A stretch of 64,000 nt of DNA from Lenisia limosa (GCA_001655205.1 LPNZ01006811.1:1-64000), one strand, 5' to 3'. Shown: positions 12,381 to 29,400, counted from the first letter of the stretch. Translations and numbers: made by a program. Notes: generated by a model from the sequence alone, not told the origin.

Positions 12381-14428
12381 ATGAACAGTGCAATGCCTAC
12401 ATTATACCAGCCAATGCCCACCCAACACCATGACCCGCGCTTACTCAACCGATCTCCGCAACAACAAATTCCTGCAGTCTCCAGTCAAGTCTCTCCGCAT
12501 CTCCAGCAGTACAGAGGACAACCAGCTTCCAGTCAGTCTCAAGTGGTTCAGAGAATTGGTGTAATGGTGAGGGGTGACTGCCATTGGATTTGTACTCTTC
12601 CATTCTCCTATTTACTATCAGTTTCGAGATTCTATCCTCAACTTTACCACTATTAATTCCTCAGCCCCCTTCCAACTTCAGCTCCGCTCTTTCTCAGGTA
12701 CTGGTTTGTGAGAATCTGTATCCTTCTTTCCAGCATCATACTCCATTTACTTTGACCGTCAGACAAAGCCACAGCCAGCCCCAAGTCCTGCACCTAACCC
12801 TGTCATTACCAACGCGGTACTTAGGAGAAATTACGAGGTATGAATGATGTTTTAGCACTCTCTTTCAAAAACGACCGGTACGGCAGTTAAAATATACAAT
12901 GGGCCTACACTCTTTATCATGTTTTCATTTCGCAGAAAACTGAGACAATGAAAAAGGTTCGCGAATACACCCATAATCGTATCCGAAAACGGCAATGGAT
13001 AACAAATACTCTTGGCACGATGCTACAGCTGCCTACACCAGAAGAGCTCAGAAAGGTCCAGTCCACTCTACCTGATAACCCCACACCAGGTACGTTCAAT
13101 CTGATAAACCTTTTTTTCAAGTTGAAACGTAGGATTCCATTCCCGTTCTTGCAAATAGTTATCCTCTAATTTCAATAGAGGAATGTCTTGATTGGGTGAA
13201 GCGGATTGGCGAGAGTCCATCAACAGCTTTGCCAACAAGGGTGCACTGGAAGCCTAAAGCGTCCAAAGCAGCGTTCGACTTATCCGACCATCTTGCTGCT
13301 ACCAAGGACTGTGACTCTTTGTTGCGCCTTGAGATTACATCGCCTTCAAGTTACTCTCGAGAAGACCGGTGTGATATATTATAATACATATATATATCAT
13401 ATGTATCGATTATGCATACCCAGGGTAAGTACAGTGGACTTGTCAAAAAGTTCAGGCTCAGAAACGCCAATTTTCTGATCATTCAGGTTGTCCGCGCTGA
13501 GTGATGCGATTAAGAGAGTTGATGAGGCAGCATTGTTGGCTCAAAAGAAGAGGGAGGCCAATCTCGAAAAAGACAGAGTGAGAACTTCCAGCAACCTGGA
13601 GTTTTTACAGAAGATCATTACTGAAACTAATACGTAAGTGGACTCTGAAAATAAGCGGTTGTAATTGAACAGGTATTTGGAGCAACTGCCTCAGTCTGTG
13701 AAATGGCTTTCAAAAGCCCAGCCGGAGGTATGGGGTGGTCTCATTTGCTCTTTTTGCTGTCTTGATTCACAACCCAGGATGACTGGTTTGCTACTCTTTC
13801 CAGTGACGCGCAGTCGAAATACGTCCACAAAGTAAGGAGCCTCCTAATGTTTCATGTTATCTCAGGAAACTGCCCCAGTTAGGACGGCCCACCAACCTCA
13901 TCGATCACACCTTCATTCCATTCCTGCAAGCTTCAGACAGAGTCATCAAGGTCAGTATTGTTACCTGGGAGGGGATAACGCGAAAGCTTTACTTTACACT
14001 TTAGTCCAACGTACCTCTGTCCCGAAACCGGGCCCAAATTCCGGGGTTGTGGTAAGAGGGTTCAATTTTTTTTTTTTTTTTTTTCCCGATANNNNNNNNN
14101 NNNNNNNNNNNNNNNNNNNNNNNNNNNNNNNNNNNNNNNNNNNNNNNNNNAGTATTATCAGAGCTATGTGAAAATGAACTAAGATACACTACGGTTTCAC
14201 TTTGGCAAGAAACGACTTGCAACAATATCGATTACTCATCAGTCTTTTTTTTTACTTGAGTCAACTACTTCCTCTTTAGAATTGTTTCTCTATATGACCC
14301 TTCAGCCATCGTCACGACCCTCACAACCATGGGCAGCCGCATCGTCCTTTATGTCTAGTATGTCCAGAGGGCCGGCTTCCAAAGGGCCATCTGTCACGAA
14401 CACCTTCCACACCAAACACAAAAACTAG
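12381..14428 (+). CDS. Hypothetical multi-exon protein with Gln/Pro/Ser-rich N-terminus and a probable coiled coil
   Basis: Start MNSAMPTLYQPMPTQHH..., a chain of GT-AG exons including DAIKRVDEAALLAQKKREANLEKDR, and a likely end ...HTKHKN*. One N gap. Confidence 0.5.
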
Positions 14429-14583
14429 CATGTCTTGAAGGATGGATAATATCTCCTGTTCTCTTAGTTCACCTCATTGACACACACAGTGATAATATCA
14501 AATGTATTCAGGGCCAGGGGGGGTTTAAGCCTCTGGGGTATGCATAATAGTTCCGTAATGTTCCAACTACAATATTAGAAAAA

Positions 14584-17500
14584 TCAAAAAGTCACATCCT
14601 CATGAAACACTTTCACCAAAATACTTTCTATTTGTTCACGCAGCATGGCTGTTCTGCAGGCTCTTCCTGAACCTACGTTATCATATCGAAGGGACAACAC
14701 TAAATCACCCAGAGCACAGCTTACACTGAGAGTGCTGTACTCTCCACGCGTCGGGTTGGGGTCATCACTGGGGTTGTTCAGGAGACGAGTTCGCTCAAGG
14801 TTAGTTGCCCTGATCTGGGCCTTGACTTGTTCACGGAGGAGGAAGCCGGCAATGAAGACTGACACAAAGGTCACTCCAGCCATGATCCAGAACATGTTCG
14901 CGTCACCCTGTTTGTTGTCAGAGAATTAACCAAAATAGTCGAAAAGTCATAAAGCTATCTTTTACGTGACTTCAGGCAAATAACGATAGCCAACCTGAGA
15001 GTCGGCAACGTAAGGCTTGGCCTTTTCAAATGTAACCATGTCCTGGGCAGTCAGAACAAAAGTAAGGCAGACGGTGGTGTGAAAGTAAAGAATAGAAAAA
15101 AGATGCGTACGATGGACGTTTCGTCAGAATCGTCAAAAGCAGTAATGGATGCGTGCCACACAAAGAACTCGGTATCTGAATGGTTATTCGGAAAAAAATG
15201 TGCATGATGACAAACCATTGGGAAGGTAAGTGTCAACAGTCCACTTCTGGGTACCCTTCTCAGTTTCAGCTGAAGCCAACTTCTCCATGAAAACACATTC
15301 GTTTTTGGGCATAGGGCTGTCCTTGGTGTAGGTAGTCTGCGGGGGTGAAAAATGATAAAATGAGACTAATAAATAAAATAAAAAAACAGATATCCAACCC
15401 AAGTGTCATGCAAGGTCATATGAATAAACAACCATGTTTAGACTTGCCCAAAAAAAAAAAAAAAAAAANNNNNNNNNNNNNNNNNNNNNNNNNNNNNNNN
15501 NNNNAATGTTGTGCACCATATCAACCATCTGTGTGGCAAACATGAAGGGAAGGGGGGAAGTCAGGTTACCGAGGTGCTTGTCATGGAAGGACTTGGGGCT
15601 GAAGAAAGGTGAACGCTGATCGTATAATCGAGCGCCTACCAAAGGAAAGCATCAGGAAGGTCATCGCCACAGTCCTTAGTGGAAACTGAGGAAACGGTTC
15701 CGTTCTTGAAGTGCGTGACCTCGTGCTCTAAAAAATAAGTTTGTAATTTTTTTGAGACGAGACATACCGCAAGGGAAATTGAATTCGGGCTTCTCATTAG
15801 TGAACATCACGTAGAACTGGAAAGTGAGAATCGACTTCAGCATTGAGGGAACTCTTTGACTGATAACCCACGCTCTCGAAGGCATGCTCGTACATCTCAG
15901 TAGCGACAAGGCTCATGCGGACACCAACACGCACAACCTCTCCGTGACCGTGGTTGGGGAAATGATTGCTGCTAACAAGGGGACCACTAAAACGATCAAA
16001 AACTGACAAACGTAATAATGATAAAAGAGAAGAGGTGGGTTCGGCTTACAGCTCTTCAGTGGGCATGATTTGGCGGAGGTGAAGGTTATCATATGTCTCG
16101 GCTTCAGTCTAGAGCAATAAGTGCAGTTANNNNNNNNNNNNNNNNNNNNNNNNNNNNNNNNNNNNNNNNNNNNNNNNNNNNNNNNNNNNNNNNNNNNNNN
16201 NNNNNNNNNNNNNNNNNNNNNNNNNNNNNNNNNNNNNNNNNNNNNNNNNNNNNNNNNNNNNNNNNNNNNNNNNNNNNNNNNNNNNNNNNNNNNNNNNNNN
16301 NNNNNNNNNNNNNNNNNNNNNNNNNNNNNNNNNNNNNCAGGGTACATGGAGTTGTTCTCAGTGAAGTCATTGAGGGTAACAGTTCTGGCCTGTCCAGCTG
16401 TCTTCTTGTCCTCCCTGTAACGTTAATAGAAACAGAATGGTGACTGGCTGAGAGAAACAAGCCTCATACTTGGGAATCGTGACGACAGCAAGGAAGTTGC
16501 TTGTGGGCTTGTCAAAGGCATCGTGGCCCTAAGAGGTAAGTCACGCATCAAGCAGGCGAGACTCCTTACTCTGTTGCGGTTGTTGAGATACACTGAACGC
16601 TGATAATGGGGGGCAGCAACGGAATAAACACGAGCAATGTTGTCTTGGCTACAAGGTGAGGCAACTTCTACCCCCCCCCTCCTCCAAACACCCAGTCTTA
16701 CCCCATGGAAGTAAGGGCAATGTCAGAAGTTCGCTGATCTTGGGATCTGGTGACAGTGTAGGAGTCAATACCGTCTTCTCCGGCAGCATAGACCTTTGAG
16801 GAGTAGTCCACACTGTGAGGTCAAAATAACAATCAACCGTTACATACATAAGCTCGCCGTCAGTGTTGTCAAGAGTGATCATCTAGATCGGTGAATAACA
16901 TCATCAAGGCCCCGCTATAATTATGGTAATATTTTTTTGGTATTTGTATTTCCCTAGATTTATTTAATATACTCAAAAACAATTGCACAATTGCCTTGGT
17001 TCTGGTCCAACCTTGTCGCATTTGTCGCCATGGTAGAAAACATCGCACACACACTTCTTGCCGACAAGGGGTCCGTGAACGCAGCCGAAATCAAGGGTGT
17101 CCTGTAGGATGAGGGGAAATTCCTAGCAGCCGCACCTTAATAGAGGCCATTGGCGCCACGGCCACGCCACCATTGGGGATGGGACCACGCAGTGCGAAGA
17201 ACACGTAGATTGTCTCCTGTATTATGAGCAACTGACGGGAACTGAATATTGATTTTGATTTGTTCATAATAAAATAATTTATTAGCCATACCTCCCTCTA
17301 CTACCTTATGGTTGGTCATGTCGTACGTGGCAGAAACGAACTGCTGAAGAGAAACAGGCTCCGAAGCAATGTTGCTCAGCTTCTTCTGAGCGTCATACAT
17401 GTCGTCAAACACACAAGGGACGGAGGCGTCGTCACCACAAATCTGGCAGTTAGATACCAAGGCAGCTATTTACAAACATGGATGATGGCAGCGGGCTGCT

Positions 17501-18684
17501 TGACAAGAGTCTGGTCCACGTCGGTTGACCAATAGGCGCCAACGTGCACGTGGTCTGAAGAAAATAAATCGGACAATTGAGTTTTGAATGGGGCTTTCAT
17601 TGTTAGACCACCATAAAGTCACAACTCAATGTTGCTTTCATTACACCATCTTTTACACAGGCTGTTTTTTTGAAAATTATATATATCTCCTCATTTTTCC
17701 TTCTTGTAACACAGATTCGGTTTCGGTTCAACTGTTGTTTCGACTGAGCCACTATTAAGTATTACCCCTACCGAGGTTCTTAGACTGAAGAGAGATGGTT
17801 CTGAAAGCGTAGGGAGTGGTGATTGGAATGGTCTCGTCAGCAACAGGCTTCATGAGGAAGGACAGCGCAAAAGTGCCACTAGAAGATCAATAACAAAAAA
17901 CACACACAAAAAACTACAATAATTGATAAGGAATGCCGTAATAACAGGAGAATGGGAGCATCCTTCTTACGTGGTAGTGGAAGTAAGACCGACGGTGATG
18001 TTGGCAGCCTCATTGATGGGCATGGCCTGGGAAGACACGAGAGCATGCGACTAGAGAGCGTGAGTAGGGGTGGGGGTGGGGGGTAACTGGTCCATCACTT
18101 GCACCCACGTCAAGATAAATGTGCATAATTGGGGTGTCAGGAGTATCAATGCTTCCGGTAAGACGGGAGTTCAAACCCTTTTTCGAAGTCACAGTGAGAC
18201 CAAGAGGTTCCTGAAAAGGTTGAGAAAGCGACAGTGTATAAAATCTAAAACAACAAATTCTAGGAAGAATATTGATAGAATTATGAAAGAAGAACGAAGA
18301 TAGAAGACTGTTCGCAGGTCGATAGAAGGTGGTTGGAAGACAAATGCAAACTCACATCAGAGGCTGGCTTGAAACAGGTGTAGATTGTTTCAACACCTTT
18401 GGTGAAGTCAATATTGACATTCTAAAGCGTAAGCATTGACAAGCAGGCTCAGAAACAAGAGTCACAGCATAACACCAACTAACCTCAACTCCACAGTTAT
18501 CATACGCAGCTAAATTAGTAAGATACAGTGTTTGAATATTGAAATAATGGAAAAGAACAAAACCATGACCAACCGGAGAAAACTGTAATGAAAGCCAGCA
18601 CCTATCATGGATTAGATTCTTCATTTAAGGCCAGTATATAATAAATGTAACATTTCTTACCACAAAAAGAGCGACAGACTTCAT
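14584..18684 (-). CDS. Large single-pass membrane protein with signal peptide and one EGF-like module
   Basis: N-terminus MKSVALFV-VLAFITVF; EGF-like GCVHGPLVGKKCVCDVFYHGDKCD near 17030-17100; C-terminal hydrophobic helix FWIMAGVTFVSVFIAGFLL followed by a basic/polar tail. Continuity across N gaps is inferred. Confidence 0.55.
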
Positions 18685-18873
18685 TATTTCAGAACAGTCA
18701 GATACTGGTCAGACGAAAGCGCAATTTACTTCTTCTAATCTGCTTAGTTCACAATGAAAATTAACTAACGGTTCAAAAAAGGGCTTTATTCCGTGAATGA
18801 ACTGAACTCCGTACCGGAATTTTTAAAGTGGGGGTGGTCATGTTGTCATTTTGAGATTTTGAGGATAAACACA

Positions 18874-20930
18874 ATGGATAACAACGCATTGTTAACCTTT
18901 ATTGTCATATATTTGGGTAAGTTGCCAATTGGCGGACTCACTACCATATTCTTCGAAGATTTGAATTTTTAAACCCGAGTTTTGAGATAGTATTTCCGCA
19001 ATTATGATGTTTTTAGTATATCATTCTAAATATTGCATTCTTAGACGGTGGCGGATAAGAACATTACCCACATTCCTCATTTTCTGACGATATAGCTCTA
19101 TTCTTCAGATCCTCTGCATTAGAAATTGTAAGTGGATAGTTTTAGTAAAAAATTTATAGATAAAACCTCTAAAATTGCATCTCCCTCACCTTCTCAGAAT
19201 GTTGGTCCGGGAAGCTACACTTTTGATGACGCGTTGAAGAAAGCTTGTGCTACCGCTGACAATGTAAACATCAATGTTGCAGATGGTTTTTTTAGGTAAG
19301 AAAATAATAAATGAGACATCACCATTTGTCTTTCTAGATGGAACACCTGCGGTTACTCAAAGGATCAAGGAGACTTGTCAATCACTGGCGTTGGCCCAAC
19401 CGGAACTTTTGTCAATGCAACCTGTAAATGTAGGAGCCTTCGTATCCTATGGTTAATTTTTTTATGTCATTTGTTGTCTATTCTTGATAATTTTATTGGA
19501 ACCTCTTGACCATTTAGCGTTCTTGGGATACAATCTTGTTGTGTCCAATAAATTGACCGTGAGCAATTTCGCTTTCCAGGATGTCATGTATTCTATTGCC
19601 CCCCAGAATGTTGTTTCGACAAAAGACTTAGTAATGAAGGTTAGAATAAAAATAGTAATTCTTATCAATAGGACTTCCATGCCACTCTTATTGGCGACAC
19701 CAGTATGACTTTCGCTGTGGCAACTGGTGACGTTACAATTGAAAACGTCTATGTTTGTGGTGCATTTCAATCTTTAATGGCTCCTTCACTTACTGAACAC
19801 ATTTTGTCTATAATATTCAGCTGTTGATTAAATTTTTTCAAGTTAATTTTGGATGTGAAATAACGGTTTTTTAGGGTGAAGGTAAAGACCACTCTGTTGG
19901 TACAATTGTTGACTTGACTTGTGAGAATGACGAAAAATTGGTTATTGTAAGCTAAACTATGTTGCCGTTTTGACCTTCATTCAGGATAATTTGATTTTGA
20001 AGTCTTTTGGAGTTAGTGCCACAGGGTGTCAAGATGCTACAATTAAAGATTTACAGTTCCATGGGAAGCATAACAACGCCATGTAAGTATTTCAAATTTC
20101 ATGTTTATCAATTTGTATTACTCTATGTCAGAGTCGCTTATACACTAGAGCTCTTGAACAGACCACTGCCCAATGCGTGAACCTTGTATTTATCATGCAC
20201 GGTGATACCACCTCAATTGAGCTTCTGGTATGGATGAGCTGCAATGACTCTATTGTTAGCCCTTCTTATCATCTAGAATGCTGAGATCGAAATTCAAGGC
20301 TTCACAAGCAATGCCGGACTTGAGGTGACGTAGGCTTCCAACTGTGGCGACCTTAATCATTATAGCAACTCAAAGGTTGCCATCTTCACTGGGACAATTG
20401 ACATGAAATCCGGACATTCGATTACTGCTACTATGGATAGTACCGTTTGTGGTGTTTCCCTTTTTGAGTCTTTGTTATTTTATTATTGTTTATTCCTCAC
20501 GCAATAGGTCTTTATGAAGGACGTTGCAGTCAAAACGAACAAGTGGTACTGTATGATGGGATAATGTATCATTTCTATGGATACACATTATTACCAATTA
20601 GACTGCATTACCGCTGAAGACACATCAGTTGTCAACTTCTACCCTGGAAGTCTTGCTTGCGGATATGGGTACGGTTTTTTAGTAACTTTTTGGGTGGTGT
20701 TATTTTTATTCTGTTTCATTATCATCTCTGATTGTCGTTTATTTGCTCCAGCGCTTCTGCAGCAGATAATGCCCAAGTCAACCTTCATGGCTCAAAATGT
20801 GTAGGTTTCCGTTTTGCAAACTGCACCTGACCATTGCACTGTCTAATCTCACCCAGGAAGGCTGTCACAAGGATTGCATCCGTAAAGTGGCCACAGCTCA
20901 TTGTACTGCGTAAGCGTAAGCGTCATTTTT
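18874..20930 (+). CDS. Probable secreted beta-strand-rich protein, pectin-lyase-like / parallel beta-helix style
   Basis: Hydrophobic start MDNNALLTFIVIYLG; exons such as DLSITGVGPTGTFVNAT, DVTIENVYVCG and ATIKDLQFHG show the alternating pattern typical of beta-helix repeats. The fold is an inference. Confidence 0.45.
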
Positions 20931-20991
20931 CGTGTCCTTAATGGACCCTGTTAACATCATTGGAAGAGAAGAAGAGTGTATAGAAAAAGGT

Positions 20992-23166
<2,175 letters not shown>

Positions 23167-23453
23167 GATGACAACGTTAGCTAGAGGATTCCTTTGAAAA
23201 ACTAATTCTGACAAAAAGGAATAGTAATCAAAACTAATCCTTTAAAAACACTTTTCAAAAAAAAACATCGATAACGAAGTATGGAATTTTGGTGAATTTT
23301 GAAATAAATCTTTTAATTTTGCGATATCCTCTTCAGATTCCAGCCTTTCGAGTTTTAAGAACCTTTCCCCCTCTCTTTTCCTCGTTATCTCTTCCAGTAG
23401 ATTACCTCATCCAGCCGCCGCCTTAGTTATGTATGATTTAAGATAGTTCAAGT

Positions 23454-26400
23454 ATGTTGAAGCTCAAATTAGGGGTGAAAGCGCCCCCTTCAACGNNNNN
23501 NNNNNNNNNNNNNNNNNNNNNNNNNNNNNNNNNNNNNNNNNNNNNNNNNNNNNNNNNNNNNNNNNNNNNNNNNNNNNNNNNNTGGCACCACCCAAATCTG
23601 CACCGATCAAGCCAGAAGGTATTATTATTATAAAGCACACTCATAAGTCCAGGCCGAAGCAGTCGCCGCAAGCCCCAAAGAACCAGCAGCTATGCAGACC
23701 TTGGGCAGTCTGATGATGAAGACTCAGACTATTTAGAAGATCATACCTCTCTTCGAATGAAGCGAAAACCTAAGCAGCCTCCTCGTGCCCACCGTTCGCA
23801 GCCCGCGCCTCCACAGGTGGGAGGATATTGCAGAGACATATATGAATTAAACACTCTGAGACTTTGATTTAACATGTATAGCCCACCCCCCACTACAAAG
23901 TTCCACCCTCAGCAGCGCCAGTCTACCAGCCACAACAGGTTGGTCGATGCTTAGCACTCTATAAAGTCGACAAGACAACATTGAAATCCTGAGCTTGAAT
24001 AGAAGCTCTTTAAAATCGAACTCTGTTTTGAATATACTCACTTGTTGATTGTGTAGCCATCTTTGAAGTTGTCATTGGGCGCTAAGCCTTCTCCAGCACC
24101 ACAGCGTTCCTTATACCAACCCATTTCGGTCCAATCCCGTCAAATGCCGTACCGAACCCCACCTCCACCCAGGGAGGAGTTCTCTCCATACCAGAGATAC
24201 CCCGAGGTGAGCTGATTGCCTTCTGTCTTGTTAACCACTTCAGTCCCACAGGCAAGTCCACCTTCAACAACCTCATCCACACCACCCTATTAGACCACCC
24301 CCAAGATTAACGGTCAAAGCAGAATATGACTATCTTCCTGAAACCCCATCCCCACCATCCCAGTACACCCAGCAATACCCTCCGCATCCGCACAGTCGCT
24401 CAGCCCCACCACGGCATATCCAACTCCCTCCTCCTGCAACACAGGTTCGTTGCTTCAACCTGGTCAGAGTATATGATATGTGTCACCATGGAACAATGCT
24501 TATTTGTTGTAGTGTAGAATGTATATCATATGAAATTATTCTTCGTTTATAGTACTGAATGTTGAGTCGGCACGTCATTGTTTTAGCAGGGGGGCTTGAA
24601 ATTAAGCCTTGGAGGTGTAAAGAAGCTTCAACATCCGCCAAGGCCACACCCAGTCCCGCAACCAGGTAACAGGAAACATATTGGGCAATAATGAAGGCGA
24701 GGATAGTTCTACTCTATTATTCTTTTCTGAACTTACTGTTCTCCATCTCAGGTTTTCTTTATTTACGTTGCAGCTCGCGAGGACCCGAGGATTATAGAGG
24801 GAAGAAGACGGGCCGAGGAGGAGCGAAAAAGAATCGATGCTGAGTTGGTCAAACAGCAACAGGAGGAGGAAAGACTCATAGCGCTCAAGGAAGACGAGAG
24901 ACTGCAGAAGTTGGCTCTCAAGAGGAAAAAGGATGCGGAAAGAAGGAAAAAGGCGGAGGAAGAGAAGAGGGCTGCGGAGTTGAAGAGGAAGAAGCTGGAA
25001 GAGAAGAAGCTAGAAGAGGCCAGGAAGAAACAAGAAGAAAAAGAACGGAAGGAGTACCAGAAGGAGCTTGAGAGACAGGTTTGATTGAACTCATTAACTT
25101 CGCTGTATTTTGTAACATTGCTGTCAGTAATTATTAACCTCGGTAGTCCCGGGAAGAAGATCGTTTGTCCAAAGAGGAGGACCGCCGACTTTCAGAACAA
25201 CAAAACGCAACGGAGGAACTCAACCGAACGCTCAGCAGATTGCAACATGAAGAGTTCGAGAGCATGCAGAACGTCGACACCTCAGAGGCTCGAAGACGGC
25301 ATGAAGTTGAGGCAATGGATATCCATCTCCAGGAGCAAGGTAGAATGCTGTTTGACAGTTTTGTTAATAACTGTCCAGGTGCTACAATGATCGAGGACAA
25401 CATAGTCGAAGAAGATGACGAGGAGAGTCAGTCAGAAGATGATGACCTCGATGACACTCCGGTAAGACTCGGGCTTTAGCGGCAAGAAATCTTTTTCTCT
25501 CTAACTGCTTTAGAAAAAACGACGTAAGCTTTGAAGCAGCAAAAGCAGACTGAAAAAATTGTTTTGATGTCACGTTACAATGCTGACGCTTTAGGTGGTC
25601 GCCCGCCTGGACCGGGAGGAAGGCCTGTTAAACCAGATATTTCGGTTGAGATCCTCTCCGTCCAACTCGGTTCGTAACACCCAATTGTGATATCATGACT
25701 ATCCAACCAATCCATAATACTGCTTTTGTTTTTGTTTTTGGTGCCTGGCGCTTATCACCCAGGCATTCGGCTGCCGGACGACCGTTCACCTCATCCTGCC
25801 ATCGACGTCGCTACCGCACTTGAACAAGTCCTTTTGGTAAGTCTTCCTTGATAAGATTGAAGAAAGGGCACATCATGACACCTGTCCATTTATTGTGCAG
25901 ACGCTGAGACGCAAAGATGAATATGGCCTTTTCCATGAACCAGTTGACACGACAATGTATCCGAACTATCTCCAGTTCGTCAAATCGCCAATGGTAGTGC
26001 AAAATACTCCTTTCCAACACCTCACCAACTAGGACCTGGCAACAATGCAAAAGAAGCTGAAGAATGGCGAGTATGTGACTATTGCTCCTTTCCGAGTAGG
26101 AACGTGTTGAAATTGATTTGCATTTTCCGCCCAATTACATTGCACTCTTGTCACGCTTGTAGCATGACTTCAATCTGATCATCTCAAACTGCTGTGTTTT
26201 CAACGGGCATGATAGTGAATTTGGACAAATCGCTAAAAAACTTGGAGCAATTGTATGCTTTCAAAGTCTAGAGTTTTCCGCTTACTCAGATTTTGGTGTT
26301 TCCTTTTCGTCTTCTCTTCACTTAGCGCAATTAGGGAACACGCTCATTGGATAACCTGCAAAAGAGGTGGATGACTACAATTTCAAAGTTGGAACGTTTT

Positions 26401-29400
26401 TTTTTTTTTCCTCATCTTTTTTTTTTTTTTTTNNNNNNNNNNNNNNNNNNNNNNNNNNNNNNNNNNNNNNNNNNNNNNNNNNNNNNNNNNNNNNNGACCC
26501 TGGACTTCTCAAAAGAGCTCAAGAAAGGCTCTCCAAAAAACGGGAAGACCAATTCAAAGTATGGGCGAAAGGTTCTATCGTTGTGTTACATAACCCATAC
26601 TACTCTATCTTACCATTCCACAATGTTATCGTCTGTGAAATCGCTTCACACCAACAATACAGGAGGAACAACAACACAAGTTGAAGATGCATCTTACACA
26701 GCAAGCACGCCTGAAAGACACACAAAGACAGCATGTAAGTAATGCCTTCACAGTCAAATAATCTACTTAGGCCCGAGAACTTCAAAGCGCCCCTGCTGAG
26801 CCTCAGAGTGAAACTCCTAGTCAGCCAGAGACAGAAACAAAGGTAGAGGTCGGGGGGGGGGGGGGGGNNNNNNNNNNNNNNNNNNNNNNNNNNNNNNNNN
26901 NNNNNNNNNNNNNNNNNNNNNNNNNNNNNNNNNNNNNNNNNNNNNNNNNNNNNNNNNNNNNNNNNNNAAGGCCGGCCGGGGCAACCTCGACGCAAGTACA
27001 TCGATACTGGGTTCTTTAGGGAGAACAGGCAAGGACTCTTCGTTTACTCTCCTTTCACTAAACACAAACAATGTACGAGAATGATAACCTATGCTTTTTT
27101 GTGTGTTTTGGGCTTTCTTATTTTTATGTTGTGTTTGCATTATTCAGTTGAGTTGTTATTTTTGGAGGGTTATGTGGCATCTATCTCCATTTTACTCTTG
27201 GCAGTCCACGAGCTGGCTACTCTGAAAGGAGTCACGTCGACAATGGCATCATCAAATTCAAAAATCGAAATCAACCACCCTGTGCTACCCTACTCTTCAA
27301 CGTTGGTCTGGCTTTCCTTATTCGCCAACTTCACCTTGCTGGTCATTCATACCCTAGGTCTCTGGAGTATGTTCCTGGTAAAGTAGTCGATTTCGAAGGC
27401 GATAGTTTGCAGTTCCCAGATCCGTCCATCTTGGCCACAAGCCTAAAGTGAGCACAAAGTAAAGACTGGTACTCATATATATTCCAGAGATGGAAATCTT
27501 GAGTTCACCCACATTGCTTATCTTTCAGTGATAAGTACATTGCATCAGTGGAGGAGTTTGTAGCCAATCTGAGCCCCGAGTTCAAAGATAAGGTCTGTCC
27601 GTAATCTACCATTCAGTTCAAGCGACTTTTCTTAACAACCCCAGGTGGCCTGTACAACACAATCTGTTGAGGTGCTCCAAGCGAAACCGGACAAACGGGT
27701 GGAAGTGGACATTGTTAACAGTATCGGACTGAGGTCAACTGCAAAGGTGTGTTGAGGGTATCAAATTCTATATTTGGTGCTGATGAAGGGTGATTAATAA
27801 GACTTGCCTTTGGTCTCAGTAAGAACACCAATCCTGGAACAGTCCCTTTGGTACACAGCAGATACGCTCTTTGTGAGTGTCTTCACACCCCAGGTTTCTC
27901 ATGGTGTTCTGAAGGACCTCTCAAGCAGTATTAGTGCAGGTGTTCGTTTAGCTTCCAGGGTGACACAGGTGGGAGTGTTGAAAATGCAAGGTTTGGCATT
28001 ACAATCCCACCCGTCACCGATAATGACATTTCAGTCCATTACATCAACACGACCGGACCCGATAGCGGCCCACATCAAGATTGCTGACGTCATCGCCTCG
28101 GATGTGTTGGACGAACTTGCCACTCTCGAGGACGAAGGAATCAAACTCCCGAGCTTCCTCAAGGTATCCGTCATAACAATCATGCGAAATACTATGCTCA
28201 TTGACCATGCCTGATGACAGTCACATTTCTTCCACCATAACCGTTGCAGAAGGATGGATCTAAGACAATTCTGGAATCCTCTGGTGTAGGACTTACAAGT
28301 AGAGGGGGTTAACCTTAGATTGAAAAAAGATTTACATAATTGTTATTTTGCGGGTTGCACGTTATTGTCCACGGGTTCACCCCCCAAAGACTAGCCTTAG
28401 ATGGCCCTTTTATTGTTTCAGTTCCCATCAAGTCCACGGAAGCAGTTTACCAGCCAGCCCCCTCGAAGGAAGACTCTGCCAAAGATGCCACTGTGAGCGA
28501 ATTTATAAGGTTATTTAAACTGCTACCTGCTCGTGTTTTCTTAGTGACTCCTTAGATTGATGAGAAGCTCGCTGCCAACTCCAAAGACTTACGGTAATTC
28601 ACCCAGACTTCACCTGCCCCTTTTCCGAACTATCTGTTATACATCATACTGTATGTACCTAACTTCCCAGTTCTCTTGCTACAGCACTGGTGGAGAGAGC
28701 TGGTAAAGACCCTTCAGAAGAAGAGAATGCCACTGGTTTGCTGGGGCTCTCTTCCTCTTCATTAATGACAAATCTCACTGCCACAGCCGTCTTTGTTCGC
28801 AACCGACTGAGTCAGTTGGTGGCCTCCTGCAAACCCACTGACGCTTGCCCTGTGGTGAGCATTACCATTCCATCCATGCCCAATGACCCCCCAGGAACTT
28901 GCGCGTCTCTCAGCCTCAACCATCCCGAGTGATATTGTTGTTGCTCCTGCACACCAGTCCCCACCGCCACCAACGCCCTCGCCCCCTCCCGCTACTAGAC
29001 CAGTTATCCAAAACCCGTCCCGTTCTCTTTCCATCCCCTCTGTGAGTTATCACTAGGGCTTCACTTCGGTCGGAAAAAAGACCGGTGAAATATTGATAGT
29101 TTTTGAGGATTTATCGAGACTCAGTCTTTTCTCGAACCGAAGTGAAGCCCTAGTTGTCACCCTTTGGTATATGAGGCTCCTTCGTTTGAAATGACCTGAA
29201 ATCACCTTTCAGGCCGGTCCGCCCAGCTTACAACGCCAGGTGTACCCTACTACCCAAACTCAAGTGAGGCTCACTCATAGTAGCTACTAAATACTTCATC
29301 AGCTTTGATCGCCCGCTGATATCGCCTCATCCTTCTATAGGGGTATCAGCAAACGCAAAAAGTCCTTTCTTCACAAACCCAAGCCTCCAAACCCCAGGTG

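Noticed and set aside
17710-17760. TTCGGT repeats resembling the hAT MITE ends
   Set aside because: There is no partner TIR or TSD, and the minus strand reads as a plausible exon (GSVETTVEPKPNLCYKK).
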